Source: a bacterium (GTDB taxonomy: Bacteria > SAR324 > NAC60-12). From it: a DNA stretch of 64,000 bases. Where the stretch lies: positions 320,001 through 384,000 of the forward strand of contig CBDBHR010000029.1 of NCBI GenBank assembly GCA_965205865.1, written 5' to 3'. Under the pieces are notes generated by a model that saw only the letters and a program-made list of their open reading frames with translations, did no database searches and had not been told where the DNA came from. Shown piece after piece: positions 1 through 11,500 of this stretch; positions within the stretch are counted from its first letter, which is position 1; every line of letters starts with the position of its first letter. The position numbers and the translations under genes are program-made.

Positions 1-1258
1 CAATGGCAGGATCAATGTTAATTCGCTTGAGCAGAATTGGAATCACCGAACCGACTGTGGCAGCCATACTGACCACTGCCAGCAATGCTATTCCTGCAAT
101 AAGACCCATTTTGACATCGGTCGTAATGAAGTAAACCATTGCAAAAAAAATCAATGCGCAAACAGGGCCGTTCAATAAACTTACCCGAATCTCTTTCCAA
201 AGTCGCTGGAGCAAATCGGAGGAATGAATTTCTCCGGTACCTAATCCTCTGACGACGATGGAAGAAGATTGAATAGCAATGTTTCCACCTAGTGCCGCCA
301 CCAAAGGAATGAAATACATCACCTGAGGTAATTGAGTCAACATTCCTTCATATCGGCTCATGGCGAATGCGGCAATAAAACCACCACCCAATCCCAAAAC
401 CAGCCACGGGAGGCGGTCTTTGGAAGAGCGTAAAATTGAAGTATCCAATACCTCTTCATTACCAGTACCTGCAAATTGCGCTAAGTCTTCCTGGTATTCT
501 TCTTGAAGAACGTCCATCAAATCGTCCACTGTAATACGTCCGATGAGTTTCAAATATTTATCGATCACCGGAATAACCACTAGATCGTACTCTTGTGCGA
601 TCCTTGCAACGGCTTCCTGGTCCATGTCCACATCGACTGCCACCACATCGGGATTCATCAATTGCGCAATGCGGACATGCGAATCTGCCAATAGAAGTTT
701 ATTCGGGGACACGATGCCAATTAAATGTTGATATTCATCGACCACATACACTGCATAGAATGTTTCAATCTCTTCCAGGGCAATATATTCGCGAATCCTC
801 TGAATGGCTCCAAAAACTGTTTGATCATTTATCACAGAAACCACGTTGGGATCCATGATCCCTCCGGCACTCTCCTCATCGTATTTCATCAAAGTGGTGA
901 TTTCGTCACGATCTTTGCTGGACAACGTCTCTAATACCTCTTGGGCTTTGTTGTCGTCTAAAATCGCTACCATATCTACCGCGTCATCGCCATCCATCTC
1001 CTCAATTATTTCCCCCAACTGTTCCGTATTCATTTCACTGATGATACCTGAAAGCACCGGAGAATGTTGTTGCAGATGATTGAGGACATCAGAAGCTGTT
1101 TCTTTACTGATCCCGTCCAGCACAACTAGCTGATGTTTCAGCTTGAGTTGCAGGAGACTGTTCGCAATCTCCACACTGTCGAGTTCGTTTAACAGACCAC
1201 GCAACCCTTCCAACTTCTCGGCATTGATCAGTTTTTTGATGAGCTTATATGCGGCCAT
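1..1258 (-). CDS. mgtE: Magnesium transporter MgtE (3' end runs off the window)
   Basis: Translated by hand; absent from the ORF track. Reads MAAYKLIKK...YDEESAGGIM...(CBS pair)...GRITVDD...RLPWL...GGNIAIQSSSIVVRGL...IDPAIA. An in-frame TTG at 1333 is an alternative start. Confidence 0.93.
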   Translation of the reverse strand, partial: MAAYKLIKKLINAEKLEGLRGLLNELDSVEIANSLLQLKLKHQLVVLDGISKETASDVLNHLQQHSPVLSGIISEMNTEQLGEIIEEMDGDDAVDMVAILDDNKAQEVLETLSSKDRDEITTLMKYDEESAGGIMDPNVVSVINDQTVFGAIQRIREYIALEEIETFYAVYVVDEYQHLIGIVSPNKLLLADSHVRIAQLMNPDVVAVDVDMDQEAVARIAQEYDLVVIPVIDKYLKLIGRITVDDLMDVLQEEYQEDLAQFAGTGNEEVLDTSILRSSKDRLPWLVLGLGGGFIAAFAMSRYEGMLTQLPQVMYFIPLVAALGGNIAIQSSSIVVRGLGTGEIHSSDLLQRLWKEIRVSLLNGPVCALIFFAMVYFITTDVKMGLIAGIALLAVVSMAATVGSVIPILLKRINIDPAI

Positions 1259-1789
1259 AAAAAAACTTTCGATTGGAATTTTGTTTGTTTCCGGAACTTT
1301 ATTTCCGACGATCCCGTGCCAACTCGATGGCAATGATGATACCGGATACGATTAAGGACACTATACAGAATACAAACAGGACAGTCTCCATTAAATATTC
1401 CTTATATTAAATCCCTCCATTCCCTGAATGGACAGAATATATTAATCAAAAAGGTATCTGAACATTGTTTTGTCAAAGCAGGAAATAGACCACTTCTCCA
1501 GCTTTCTCCACTATGAATAAAAAGAAAGTCGCAATCTTGTGGTATGCAAAAAAATTTGTGTGAAATCTCTAAAGGTCAAGATTTTAGTACAATTGCCGCC
1601 AAAATGATGCGACGACTGTCGTAAGTCAGGCCAATTTGGCCCAAGAATTGCTGTCACAAAACAACTACGGTTTTCCGGATGGTGGAAGATGCTGTTCGTC
1701 CCCTGTTATGAGAGTTTTTGAGATAATCAAAAATTGATCCGAATAAGATTTTCGGATGAAATCTTTGCAATTCACCATGGAGGGTGAAG

Positions 1790-2023
1790 ATGCTGATATT
1801 GACAAGAAAACCTGGTGAAAGTATCACCATTGGTGATGACATCAAGATCCAGGTCATTGAAATCAAGGGCAAACAAGTTCGTTTGGGAATTGATGCCCCT
1901 AAGAGTTACGTGATTCATCGCGAAGAAGTTTATATCCGGATTCAGGAAGAAAACAAACAAGCTGTTGAAAAGCCCCCTGTTGCTTTGAAAAACATAACGG
2001 ATTTTTTAAAAAAGAAAAAGTAG
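1790..2023 (+). CDS. csrA: Carbon storage regulator CsrA/RsmA
   Basis: [22 protein letters not shown]...[23 protein letters not shown] ribosome-binding site upstream. Confidence 0.97.
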   Translation: MLILTRKPGESITIGDDIKIQVIEIKGKQVRLGIDAPKSYVIHREEVYIRIQEENKQAVEKPPVALKNITDFLKKKK

Positions 2024-2037
2024 GCGGTTTTTCAAAT

Positions 2038-2691
2038 TCAATTTGAATTCATTTTCTGCAGCATTGCATGGGCCATTTCATCCAAATGATCAAGCGCATG
2101 TTGCACTTGCGAGCAAGCTTGTTCGACAGGAGTGTTTTCCATCTTGATGGGATTGTCCATCAACAAGACCACCCTACTAAAAGGGTAAGGAAAGCGCATG
2201 CCTGTGGAGGAGGAAAGGATGAAACTCGAAGGCATGGAACAACTGACAGGAAGGATTTTTTTTTGCTGAATTTGCGCCAATTTCACGAGTTGTAGGATAG
2301 AGAATCCCTGCAAGGAGGCATCATGTACAGGAACCCAAAGTTGCGGTACTTTGAATTGTTGACCAGAAATACTGTCCCACTCTTCGGATGTCGGATCTTC
2401 GGGAGTCTGCCTCAGGCGATATCCCAACTTTTCTATAAAACCCACTTCCGAATCCCAGCTAAAATTCCCTGCCACCGGAATCTTGTGTTTTTGGAAGGCA
2501 AACAAACAATACAAGATCTGAGGCCACCGGCAAGTGACTAGAAAAGAGGCTTGTTGCCGTCGCATTTCTTCAAGAATTCCCCAGTTGATCCGTAAAGGGC
2601 GTACACTGGCGTGGATGGCATAGAATCCATAAAACAGAGCCAAGGCTCGAATCGTGCGTGTCGAGGAGTGGAGGCGGGAAAATTCCGTCAT
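2038..2691 (-). CDS. Divergent lysophospholipid acyltransferase-like (DUF374-like) protein
   Basis: Length and layout fit (KLGY, LA...ILPVS, FPYPFSRVVLLMDNPI), but core motifs are degenerate. Confidence 0.5.
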   Translation of the reverse strand: MTEFSRLHSSTRTIRALALFYGFYAIHASVRPLRINWGILEEMRRQQASFLVTCRWPQILYCLFAFQKHKIPVAGNFSWDSEVGFIEKLGYRLRQTPEDPTSEEWDSISGQQFKVPQLWVPVHDASLQGFSILQLVKLAQIQQKKILPVSCSMPSSFILSSSTGMRFPYPFSRVVLLMDNPIKMENTPVEQACSQVQHALDHLDEMAHAMLQKMNSN

Positions 2692-3190
2692 TGCTTATTG
2701 CGAAAGAGGTAAATCTGAGAGAGAAGGGGCACTCCCTCTTCCTCGAGCCACCGATTTCTAAATTATTCTATTCAGCAGTATGGCTGACTAGTTCATTGAC
2801 CCAAAGTCTGAACTTCCTGTATACTGGTTTTGTTTTCGGGAGTTACATAGTGCCAAGTAATTTCTGAAAGATCAAAATTCTCTTGCCTCTTGTTTATAAT
2901 CAAAGGCGTGATATTGTAGCTGGACTGGAATTTGCATAGAAGTAATTTCAAGTAATTTGGAGTATGACAATTATGGAGATCGTTTTTCAATTTTTGAAAC
3001 AGTTTGACCTTGCATTGAGTTGGTATATTGTTTTCGGCGTGGTTTTCTTCAGTTTCATCTTGTGTCCCAGCGCCGTCTTTCTCTATCATTGGGGACGCAT
3101 CAAAAAAAGCAAGTAAGTTTTGGTTTATTTTATCTTCCGGGAAGAGAGCGATTCTCTTCAGGGAGTGTCACATTCATAAGGAGATGAATT

Positions 3191-4705
3191 ATGTTACGTC
3201 TGATAAAAATACAGGGATTCGTATTTCTAACCATTTTTCTTTTCAGTATTTCTTTCAAATTGGCAGAGGCGCGCGAGCAATTGGTGGTCGCGTTGACTGC
3301 CATGCCGAAAACCCTGGATCCACGTTTTGCAGTGGATACCAATGGATGGGGTATGAATCTGCAGTTGGTCTATGGGGCGCTTGTCCAATTGGATTATAAT
3401 CTGAAGGTTGTTCCGGATCTCGCTGAGAGTTGGGAACGACCCGATGCCACCAGTTATGTCTTTCATCTGAGAAAAAATGCTCGTTTTTCCAATGGAGACC
3501 TCCTCACGGCAAGCGATGTGAAATACACATTCGATTCCGTGATGGATGAGCAAACCAAATCACCCTTCATTGGTATCAAGTCTTCAATCAAAGGGGTGGA
3601 AGTCCTTGATTCCCACACCATCCGCTTTGAAGCTCCGGAAAATATGCCGGAAGTCACCTATCTGCTCAATCTGTTCATCCCTGTTTTTCAAAAACCGGCG
3701 ACAGGCGAGGATCTGTTATTGTTGGGTGCAGGCCCTTATCAATTGCAAGAGAAACAAGTTTCGGAAATCGTGCTCACCCCCAATCCGCATTATTACGGAG
3801 AAAAACCCGCTTTGCAGCAAGTCATTTTCAAAGTGATCAAAGATGACAATACCCGTTTCTTGAAATTCATGAAAGGAGACGTTGACTTTGCTCTTAATGC
3901 TTTGCCTACTGATAAAATCATGCAATTTGAAGAAGGGGAACTGGCCGAAATGTATCAAGTCCTGGAAGGGCCGGCGCTACGTTATCAATACCTGGGATTC
4001 AACACGGAACATCCGGTTTTGAAACACGCTGCCGTCCGGCAGGCCTTTGCTCATGCAATCAATCGAGACGAACTGGTTGAATTTTTAATGCGCAATCACG
4101 CGGCTAAAGCAGACAGCCTGCTTACTCCCCAAAACATATTCCACGCGAGCGATCTCCCACAGTATGAGTACGATCCTGAAAAGGCAGCCGCCCTGCTCGA
4201 TGAGGCGGGATTTCCCCTCAAAGATGGAAAACGGTTCACAATCGAATATAAAACTTCCACCAATAAAATGCGCCAGCGTTTGGGTCGTATCATCAAAGAG
4301 CAATTGAAACAAGTCGGTATTGAAATCGAGGTGCGCTCATTTGAATGGGGAACTTTTTTTGGGGACGTCAAAGCAGGGAATTTTGAATTGTATTCCCTGG
4401 CTTGGAGTGGTGTATCGGATCCTGATTTTTTCTACAGCGCCTTCCATTCCACTCAATTCCCCCCGGGACGAAATCGGGTTCGATATGTCAATGCGGAACT
4501 GGATCGTTTGGTTGAAGCGGGAAGAGTCGAGAATGATTTGGAAAAGCGAAAAGGTATTTACAACGAAGTCCAACAATTGCTGGGTAGGGAACTTCCCTAT
4601 TTAGGACTTTGGTATGCCAACAATCTAGCGATTCTCAAAAAAGATATCAAAGGCTATCGTCTTCATCCCACTGGCGGCTTTCATTCGTTTCGCGAGATCC
4701 ATTGA
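3191..4705 (+). CDS. ABC transporter substrate-binding protein, family 5 (DppA/OppA/NikA-like)
   Basis: Signal peptide, TLDP, PDLAESW, FHLRKNARFSNG..LTASDVKYTF, VRQAFAHAINR, YDPEKAAALLDEAG. Confidence 0.92.
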   Translation: MLRLIKIQGFVFLTIFLFSISFKLAEAREQLVVALTAMPKTLDPRFAVDTNGWGMNLQLVYGALVQLDYNLKVVPDLAESWERPDATSYVFHLRKNARFSNGDLLTASDVKYTFDSVMDEQTKSPFIGIKSSIKGVEVLDSHTIRFEAPENMPEVTYLLNLFIPVFQKPATGEDLLLLGAGPYQLQEKQVSEIVLTPNPHYYGEKPALQQVIFKVIKDDNTRFLKFMKGDVDFALNALPTDKIMQFEEGELAEMYQVLEGPALRYQYLGFNTEHPVLKHAAVRQAFAHAINRDELVEFLMRNHAAKADSLLTPQNIFHASDLPQYEYDPEKAAALLDEAGFPLKDGKRFTIEYKTSTNKMRQRLGRIIKEQLKQVGIEIEVRSFEWGTFFGDVKAGNFELYSLAWSGVSDPDFFYSAFHSTQFPPGRNRVRYVNAELDRLVEAGRVENDLEKRKGIYNEVQQLLGRELPYLGLWYANNLAILKKDIKGYRLHPTGGFHSFREIH

Positions 4706-4965
4706 TTCCCCTTATGCCGTGCCTCGTCCCTGCTGTTAAATTCCGGGCACGGCCACTCTGTAAAAATTTGTGTGCCTTTTGACTGACTGGAGCAATTAAT
4801 TGCCGAATTGGAATGGTTAGCTTTTTCCATACGCCTACCGGCATGTCCTCCCATCTTTCCAGCTACCTTTCCTGACATTCTATTCTAATTCTTCCTGCTT
4901 TCGGCAGCCAGCGCTTCCGGTGAGGCCGCACGAAGGATCATCCAGGAATATTGTTGAAACCGGCT

Positions 4966-5574
4966 TTATGAATCCCATTGCCAATCGGGGAGATCTTTGC
5001 CTGCTTCCCATAGCACTTCTGTTTCTCCAAGTGTTGTACTGACCCAGCGGCCAAAGACAAACAATGCGTCAGAGAGACGGTTTAGATAGGGAACGACAGC
5101 ATCTCCGATTACTTCTTGCTGGCGAAGACGGAGCACCTCTCGTTCGGCCCGCCGGCACACCGTGCGAGCCTGATGCAGGAAAGCATTGAGGGGACTGCCC
5201 CCTGGCAGAATAAAACTGGTCAACGGTGAGAGTTCGGCATTCATGGCATCAATGACTGTTTCGAGCCATTCAATGTCTTGCCGCTTTACCTGGACTTGAC
5301 CTTCATATTCGTCGCCAGGTAAGGTTGCCAGCTGTGAGCCTATATCAAAAAGTTTTTGTTGGATCGCCTGTAAAATGACCTCAAACTTCTTCCTGCGTTC
5401 GGATGACTCTTTTTGGCTATTGAAACTACGGACAATGCCAATCACACTCATCAACTCATCAATGGTGCCGTAAGCTTCTATGCGGGGATGAGTCTTCGGA
5501 ACTCGTCTTCCACTCACCAACCCGGTTTCTCCACTATCCCCTGTCTTAGTATATACTTTTGTGATACGAACCAT
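4966..5574 (-). CDS. pduO: PduO-type cob(I)alamin adenosyltransferase
   Basis: VYTKTGDSGET, YGTIDEL, FILPGG, ARTVCRRAER, LNRLSD. Confidence 0.93.
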   Translation of the reverse strand: MVRITKVYTKTGDSGETGLVSGRRVPKTHPRIEAYGTIDELMSVIGIVRSFNSQKESSERRKKFEVILQAIQQKLFDIGSQLATLPGDEYEGQVQVKRQDIEWLETVIDAMNAELSPLTSFILPGGSPLNAFLHQARTVCRRAEREVLRLRQQEVIGDAVVPYLNRLSDALFVFGRWVSTTLGETEVLWEAGKDLPDWQWDS

Positions 5575-5768
5575 ATGTTTTTTCCATCGTGTATGTCAAA
5601 TATGATTTGATTGATAGGCTAAAAAAATGTCTAGTACAGAATGTTGCTGATAAAAAAAAGCTAATACCAGCCATATTTTGCAATGTGCCATTCGCAATAC
5701 TCAGAATATCAGAGATGCGAAAAAACTTTGTCTTCTCTGTTTTTCCACAATCAGACATTTAAAAGCAA

Positions 5769-6812
5769 ATGAAAATCATCATCCGCACTCCAAACTGGCT
5801 TGGGGATTTGATGATGTCCACTGCTTTTATCCATGCCGTGATGGAACAACACCCACAAGCTCGCGTTGATTTGATCGTCAAAGCCGGATATGAACACATT
5901 CCCCTTCCTCACCGGGGACAAATCCTGGTCTACGACAAAAAGCGGCAATCTGCAGGGCTTTTTGGCTTTTCCTTAAAAAAAGAAGGTTATGACCGTTTTT
6001 ATATCTTGCCCCGCAGTTTCTCTTCAGCATGGATGGCATTTTGCAGCAAGGTTCCGGAACGCATTGGCTATCGCGGGAATTTCCGCGGCGCATTGTTGCA
6101 TCCCGTGCAGTCTTATCGCTATCCTCCACGCACTCGGCATCTCATCCAGGAATACTTGGATCTATTAAAACAGCCGGTTGCTACGGCAACCTTGCCTATC
6201 AATCAAGTTCTTCCTTTGCTGAATGTCTCTCCGGAATGGATTGAAATACAGCTGGATGAGATTCTTGAAGAATTACCTGAAAACTATGTTGCTCTGGCTA
6301 CCGGAGCGATATACGGACCTGCTAAGCGATGGCCTTTGGAATATTATCGCGCACTCGCCAAACAATTGGTGGACGCCGGACTATCGGTTTTGCTCCTTGG
6401 CACACAAGCGGATCATGAAGATGGCGAAAAAATCCGCGAGGGAAGCAGCTCCATCCATAATTGGTGTGGTAAAACCTCCTTAAGCGAACTCATTGCACTG
6501 CTCGCAAGGGCTCGATTGTTGATCTGTAACGATTCGGGAAGCATGCACATCATGACGGCCCTGCAACGCCCACTCATTGCAATTTTTGGTTCCACCAGCC
6601 CAACCTGGACTGGTCCGTTGAACGTTAAGGCAAGAGTCATCTATCAAGATTTGGACTGCTCACCCTGTTTTCAGCGTCAATGCCGCTTTGGCCATTACCA
6701 TTGTCTGCGATATATCACCCCTGGGGAAATTTTCCAAAACGCGCATCACCTATTGCGTACTGAGGACTGCAAATCAAAAAAATTCGCCGTGGTTCATCAG
6801 AAATACCTTTGA
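5769..6812 (+). CDS. waaF: LPS heptosyltransferase II (GT9)
   Basis: PNWLGDLMM, GAIYGPAKRWP, NDSGSMH, FGSTSP, CSPCFQRQC. Confidence 0.9.
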   Translation: MKIIIRTPNWLGDLMMSTAFIHAVMEQHPQARVDLIVKAGYEHIPLPHRGQILVYDKKRQSAGLFGFSLKKEGYDRFYILPRSFSSAWMAFCSKVPERIGYRGNFRGALLHPVQSYRYPPRTRHLIQEYLDLLKQPVATATLPINQVLPLLNVSPEWIEIQLDEILEELPENYVALATGAIYGPAKRWPLEYYRALAKQLVDAGLSVLLLGTQADHEDGEKIREGSSSIHNWCGKTSLSELIALLARARLLICNDSGSMHIMTALQRPLIAIFGSTSPTWTGPLNVKARVIYQDLDCSPCFQRQCRFGHYHCLRYITPGEIFQNAHHLLRTEDCKSKKFAVVHQKYL

Positions 6813-7495
6813 AAAAAAGTGTGGGCATGTTGCCGAAATTGAATGGCGCCACCATTGGCCGGATGACGCGCAATATGACAATCCACTCGCATTTTTTCCA
6901 AGAGTGACGCGCATTTCTTGCCAATTGCCAAAATCATGCAATTGGGGAACAGATTCAGAAAAACCTGTAAAAAAGGAACCGCATATTCTAGTTCTGACAA
7001 AGTAGGAGTGCGGTTGCTGAGCAGTTTTTTTGGGTGTCGAGGGTCGTATGGATGCCAGGGAATGGCATTCCACAAGACAAAGGAATAAGGATCGATGCCA
7101 AAATTCAAAAGACTGCTCCACACAATTGTAGCGGTCGGTTCACTCAAACCTCGAGGCCACTTCTCGACACTGCTGGTCTGTTGGGGACATTGTCTCATAA
7201 ATACCTGAGAAGGATGAATATTTTTATGTCGTGAATGACCAAGTAAAATGCGTTCCGACGTCATCGCAATGCCACTGAAATGAGCCCCCTGATAACCAAC
7301 TGCTTCGGCAATTAATAAATAACGAGCGCTGCTCAAACGTTGCTGTAAATAGAGATTGAGATGCCTCCTGCGGATTTGTGGTCCCCTGAAATTTTGGTCA
7401 TTTTCAGGATCTGTTTCATACCATGGATTGAACATGGGATCGGTGGAAGGAGAATGCCTGAGGGATTTGATAAAACTTTCAATCGTGCAGGTCAT
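6797..7495 (-). CDS. Uracil-DNA glycosylase superfamily protein
   Basis: AEAVGYQGAHFSGIAMTSE, EPTATIVW, WNAIPWHP, NRTPT, RHPANGG. Confidence 0.8.
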   Translation of the reverse strand: MTCTIESFIKSLRHSPSTDPMFNPWYETDPENDQNFRGPQIRRRHLNLYLQQRLSSARYLLIAEAVGYQGAHFSGIAMTSERILLGHSRHKNIHPSQVFMRQCPQQTSSVEKWPRGLSEPTATIVWSSLLNFGIDPYSFVLWNAIPWHPYDPRHPKKLLSNRTPTLSELEYAVPFLQVFLNLFPNCMILAIGKKCASLLEKMRVDCHIARHPANGGAIQFRQHAHTFFQRYF

Positions 7496-7622
7496 TTTTT
7501 AGAACCTCAGTGGAATTCTTGCACTGCAATATGTAATTTTTTCTTCGTCCATCTACGCAAAGTGGACCTCAACTTCACAATTTGATCAAGAAGAATACAG
7601 AGTTTTTGGCCAAATGAGAAAG

Positions 7623-7663
7623 GTGCAAACAGACATGGGTGACCGTCCCATTGTCCGTTGCAC
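7623..7663 (-). terminator. Imperfect hairpin downstream of the HU gene (possible terminator or stabiliser)
   Basis: gtgcaa..agacatggg pairs with cccattgtc..ttgcac; no clear U-tract. Confidence 0.35.
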
Positions 7664-7688
7664 TGTATCAAGGGGTGAGTGGTTGTTT

Positions 7689-7967
7689 TTACTTAGAATT
7701 GACTGCCGCTTTCAATTTGCTTCCTGCACTGAATTTTACCGATTGGGAAGCGGCAATTTTGATGGATTCCCCGGTTTGAGGGTTACGTCCCGGTCGGGCA
7801 GCACGTTTTGAAATGGAGAAAGTGCCAAAACCAATCAAAGGAATCGTTTCTCCTTTTTCCAAACTTTTTTGAATCACATCCAGTGTTGCATTCAAAAACA
7901 GTTCTGCATCCACTTTTGCTCTTCCTGTCTGGTCTGCAACCGCTGCAATCAGGTCTGATTTATTCAT
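7689..7967 (-). CDS. hup: DNA-binding protein HU
   Basis: MNKSDLI...GFGTF...RPGRNPQTGE. Confidence 0.96.
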   Translation of the reverse strand: MNKSDLIAAVADQTGRAKVDAELFLNATLDVIQKSLEKGETIPLIGFGTFSISKRAARPGRNPQTGESIKIAASQSVKFSAGSKLKAAVNSK

Positions 7968-8542
7968 AATTTTTCCCTTCCAATTAATTAGATTAGTGAT
8001 GAGACAACCATTTTCCAGTTTCTTTTCCTGAAAAGGCCATCAAACCGATAAAGATAGATACAAACAGGTAGGCAATCCAAGCTTCCTACCCTTACTACAA
8101 TCTTCAGCAGAGTGAGCGACTTGCCAAGGAACAGGGATTGAGTCACTTTCTCTACGAATTTGATTTTCTGGAGTACCATGGAAATTGAATACATGGCTTA
8201 AAATCCATTAAACTAAAGACATTCCAGCATCGTTTACCTCCCTTCGATATAGAAGTCAAGTTCTCCCTTTTTTTTCTTCAAGTGTCAATTGTTTGTAAAA
8301 CATCGCATAAAGGTAAAAACAATGATATTTTATAAAGACTGCTCCAGAAACTATTTTTACTATGAAAACGGTACGATAATTGTAAGTTTATTAAGCGTAC
8401 CAATCGAACAATTGCTGCAGTTACGCCAAATACTGTTTCAAACGGGTCATTGAAAAACTGGTGGTTCACAATAATCCGTATCCCCAGATGCTCAAACGAT
8501 GGCATTTGACACTTATCACATAAACTGTTAAGGGTACGACAG

Positions 8543-11500
8543 GTGAATGAAATCATGGATAACAATTTAGAAAAGGAACGGGGATTTTCGTATTTTGTCG
8601 GGACCTCGGTCATCCTTCACATTGTGGGGTTGTTCCTGATTCTCATCATCACTACGCCAACTGAGAAAAAAATTCAAAAATCTGGCGTACGAGTCGGAAT
8701 AAAATTTGCTCCTAAACATGTTGTAAGCGATTCCATAGCGCCTCCTTCTGATTCGCATGTGGAAGAAGTAGACGTGCAAGGTGAGATTTCAAAAGATGAT
8801 TCCGCGCAAAGCGCAGTTGCTTCTGAAAAACCCGCCTCTGAAATAGAGTTGGTTGAAACTGCAAAAAATAAGGATTCCCCCAAAAAGGAAAAGTTAACTG
8901 CACCGTCTAAAAAGAAACCATTGTTCGAAGAGGAGCAGCTTGCTCAATCTCCTGAAAAGCCTGCAATTCCTGAAAAGGAGCAAGTCGCTCAAGCTCCTGA
9001 AAAGCCCGCATCACCTGAAAAGGAGCAAGTCGCTCAAGCTCCGGAAAAGCCTGCAATTCCTGAAAAGGAGCAAGTCGCTCAAGCTCCGGAAAAACTTGCA
9101 ATTCCCGAAAAGGAGGTGGCCGCCATTCCTGAAAAGCCCGCATCACCTGAAAAGGAGGTTGCTACAATTTCTAAAGAACAGATCTCTCCTGAAAAAGAGA
9201 AATTGACTGCCCCTTCTAAAAAGCCCGCACCACTCGAAAAACAACAAATCGCTGAAACACTTGAAAAACCCTTGACAAGTGAAAAAGAGGTGGCGGCAAC
9301 TCCTGAAAAGAAGAAACTGGATTCAACACCTGAAAGGAATACGCCTTCCGAGCAGGAACAAGTCGTTCAAGCTGCAAAAAAATCTGCATCTCCTGAAAAA
9401 GAACAAGTCATTCAGGCACCGGAAAAGTCCGAACCAACCAGGAAGGAGCCGGTCGTACAAACTCCCGAAAAAATTACCCAGCCCAAGAACGAAGTGGTTA
9501 CAACTCCTGAAAAACCCGTAACTCCACAAAAACAAGTCGTTCAAGCTCCAAAAAAATCTGCATCTCCTGAAAAAGAACAAGTCATTCAGGCACCGGAAAA
9601 GCCCGAACAAACCAGGAAGGAGCCGGTCGTACAAACTCCCGAAAAAATTACCCAGCCCATGAACGAAGTGGTTACAACTCCTGAAAAACCCGTAACTCCA
9701 AAAAAACAAGTCGTTCAAGCTCCAAAAAAACCGAAGCCCATTGCAGAGGAAAATATTGTCAAAAATCCTAAAAAACAAGCACGTCCTGGGGAAGTGGCTC
9801 AAGCAGAACCGGTTTTTCCAAAAAAGGCAAAACCAATCGACCCTGTTGAATTGAGCCTAAAGCCCGAAGTAAAGCAATCGTCTCATCTTCCAGCCAAGCA
9901 ATTGGCGAAAAAAACAACTGAACCGCTTTTGTCTAAATTGAAACCCAAGACTCTGGCCAAGTCACTTTCCGAGCCAAAACGAACTCGAGCTTTGCTTGCC
10001 AGAAAATCAACAGCGACTCCGCAAACCCCCAATGTCACCGTGGAATCTTTGTCAGAATTGCCCTCAAGACCCAAAGATGAAACCATTGCCACACGCCTGA
10101 AATTGGATCCTTTGAAGCCCGCTCCGGATTTGTTAGATCAAGTCATCACCGAAACACCGGATTTGGAACCATTGGAACCCGCCTCGGGTCTCTCGGATGA
10201 AACCATTGCAACGAGCTTGAAATTGGATCCTTTGGAACCCACCCCGGATGTCACGGATGAGGCCATCACGGAAACTCCGCAATTGGAACTCGTAGAAACC
10301 GCATCTGTTCTCAAGGATGAAGCCATTGCAAACCTGGAACTGGACATAGAACCTGCTCCGGAAGTGTCGAATGAAGTCATTAGAGCAACTCCAAAATTAG
10401 AACCTGCAGAACCCGCTCCGGATCTTTCGGATGAAACCATTGCGGCGAGCTTGAAATTGGAACCCTTGGAGCCCGCCCCGGATGTATCCCATCAAACCGT
10501 TAGCGAAACTCCGAAATTAAAACCTACGGAATTCGCACCTGAGCTCTTGGAAGAAACCATTGTTGAAAACTTGGAGTTGGACTTGAAACCTGTCGATAGC
10601 GTGTCGCATGAAGCGATCACGACAACTCCGAAATTAGAGCTTGCAGAGCCCGCGCCTGGTCTCTCGGATGAAATCATTGCCAATCCGGAGTTGGAACCCT
10701 TGGAACCCGCACCGAATGTATCCCATCAAGCCGTTACCGTAACTCCGAAATTAAAACCTGCGGAATCTTCAGCGGAGCTCTTGGAAGAAACCATTGTTGA
10801 AAACTTGGAGTTGGACTTGAAACCTGTCGATAGCGTGTCGCATGAAGCGATCACTACAACTCCGAATTTAGAACCTGAGGAACCGGCGCCTAGCCTCTCG
10901 GATGAAACCTTCGCCAGCCTGGAGTTGGAACCATTGGAACCGGCTCCGGATGTGTCGCATGAAGTCGTCACTGCAACACCGAAATTAAAACCTACGAAAT
11001 TCGCGCCTGAACTCTTGGAAGAAACCATTGTTGAAAATTTGGACTTGGACTTGAAACCTGTCGATAGCGAGTCGCATGAAGCGATCACTACAACTCCGAA
11101 ATTAGAGCTTGCTGAGCCCGCGTCTGGTCTCTCGGATGAAACCATTGCCAATCCGGAGTTGGAACCCTTGGAACCCGCCCCGAATGTATCCCATCAAGCC
11201 GTTACCGTAACTCCGAAATTAAAACCTGCGGAATCTTCAGCGGAGCTCTTGGAAGAAACCATTGTTGAAAACTTGGAGTTGGACTTGAAACCTGTCGATA
11301 GCGTGTCGCATGAAGCGATCACTACAACTCCGAATTTAGAACCTGAGGAACCGGCGCCTAGCCTCTCGGATGAAACCTTTGCCAGCCTGGATTTGGAACC
11401 ATTGGAACCATCCGAATGTGTCGCATGAAGTCGTCACTGCAACACCGAAATTAAAACCTGCGGAACGGAGCTCTTGGAAGAAACCATTGTTGAAAACTTG

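Noticed and set aside
2793-3089. Short ORFs in AT-rich intergenic DNA (also 8278-8613, 33489-33839, 19093-19302)
   Set aside because: No motifs or ribosome-binding sites, or they overlap better-supported features.
4705-4965. Cobalamin riboswitch next to pduO
   Set aside because: It lies downstream of pduO and no B12-box is recognisable.
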